The translations under genes were made by a program, and so were the position numbers. Shown here one piece after another: positions 63,056-64,000 of a stretch of DNA of 64,000 bases (position 1 is its first letter; every line of letters begins with the position of its first letter). The notes beneath the pieces are model-generated. The model was not told the origin of the DNA and did no database searches. It worked only from the letters and a program-made list of their open reading frames with translations. Origin of the DNA: Curvularia clavata (lineage: Eukaryota). The stretch lies in NCBI GenBank assembly GCA_023920165.1, contig CP089274.1:3472001-3536000 (forward strand), in the 5' to 3' direction.

Positions 63056-64000
63056 GTAGACGCGTATCCATCTATCCAGGTTAAAACTACATCACGCATT
63101 GACCAGGCCCTGACTCAAAACATGGCCGAGGATTTTCAGGATGACGATAAGCCACCACCATGTGGTTTGAAATCATCACAACTCCGAAGCGGATCCTGTA
63201 GTTTGCACCAGCTACCGAGATTGTAGGGCTGGTCTCGAATCCGGATGCAATGATTCGATGAGATTACTGCCCAGGCGTGATCGTCTATCACTCTTCTAGG
63301 CAGTGGGCGACACAAACTCGCGTCCTGTTTCAACAAAGAAGAAAGGGCTGCCCTTATTTGAAACCGAGCAAATCCGTCTTTTACACACACGGGAATGGCC
63401 TTTATACCCTGATTGGCGTATTCTTTCAAGAACATAAAGAGGCTCAGCTCATGCATCGGAGATCTTGTTGGTTCTCTTCTGACGTGTTCACAAAGAAAAG
63501 GAAGCAACGATGAAAAAGAGGCGTTCTATTGTCAGACGAACACCCACGCCACGTTCGAGAGTAGCGTTTCATATCTGCTCGGTACCGTGTCATCGAGCTC
63601 AGCTAGCGATGGAGAGAAGAGAAGAGCGAAGAAATCCAGGTGGGCAGCATTATCAGAACACATCTTCTCGCCAATGTGATTACAAAGATACCTGAAGGGT
63701 TGCCTTTCTTCTGATTTCGTCTTATCATGCCATAATTCAACCAAAATTCAACCTTCATTAGCAACAACTCGCGAACAGCGCAGTGATTCGTCAGGAGCAG
63801 GGCATAAGAAAAGCACAGTGTATGGTGTGTATACTTCTATTATTCTTCGACAAGACTGGGTATCATTGCGATCTAGGCCAACAAAAGTCTCCAAGTTCAT
63901 GCAACCTTCTTGTTTAATTTTACATAGTAGTAAATAGCACTCAGCTACACGCGAGCCATGTCATCCATGCCTCCTATCTCCTTGCTAAACTGCTCAAAAT

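Noticed and set aside
63136..63744. Short ORFs after the activator as qa cluster enzymes
   Set aside because: No dehydroquinase, dehydrogenase or MFS motifs are recognisable.

Overview
Eukaryotic genomic DNA from a filamentous ascomycete. Evidence: short GT-AG introns with CTRAC branch sites, Zn2Cys6 regulators, a HET domain and RIP-like mutations. No narrower lineage can be assigned from the sequence alone. I reconstructed about 20 spliced gene models by hand. Recognisable genes: ETF-ubiquinone oxidoreductase, an SR splicing factor with a 6-nt micro-exon, a BTB-like protein, a tiny HMG/YABBY-like protein, an intradiol (hydroxyquinol-type) dioxygenase, Dap1, a DUF3445 protein, Prp4 kinase, a Zn2Cys6/DUF3425 regulator, an F-box/LRR-like protein, a cytochrome P450, a GPI-anchored fasciclin, and a divergent quinate-type repressor/activator pair (qa-1S/qa-1F-like) with a candidate activator site between them. 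The window also holds a full-length but inactivated Tc1-family (DD34E) transposon and a HET-domain pseudogene. The least explained items are a 588-aa secreted Ala/Gln/Gly/Lys block-repeat protein (2044-4000), a multi-stem intergenic fold-back at about 11.0-11.24 kb, and the 82-aa half-HMG protein. I cannot demonstrate a new multi-gene system; novelty claims are hypotheses. No database searches were run, so family calls rest on recognised motifs.
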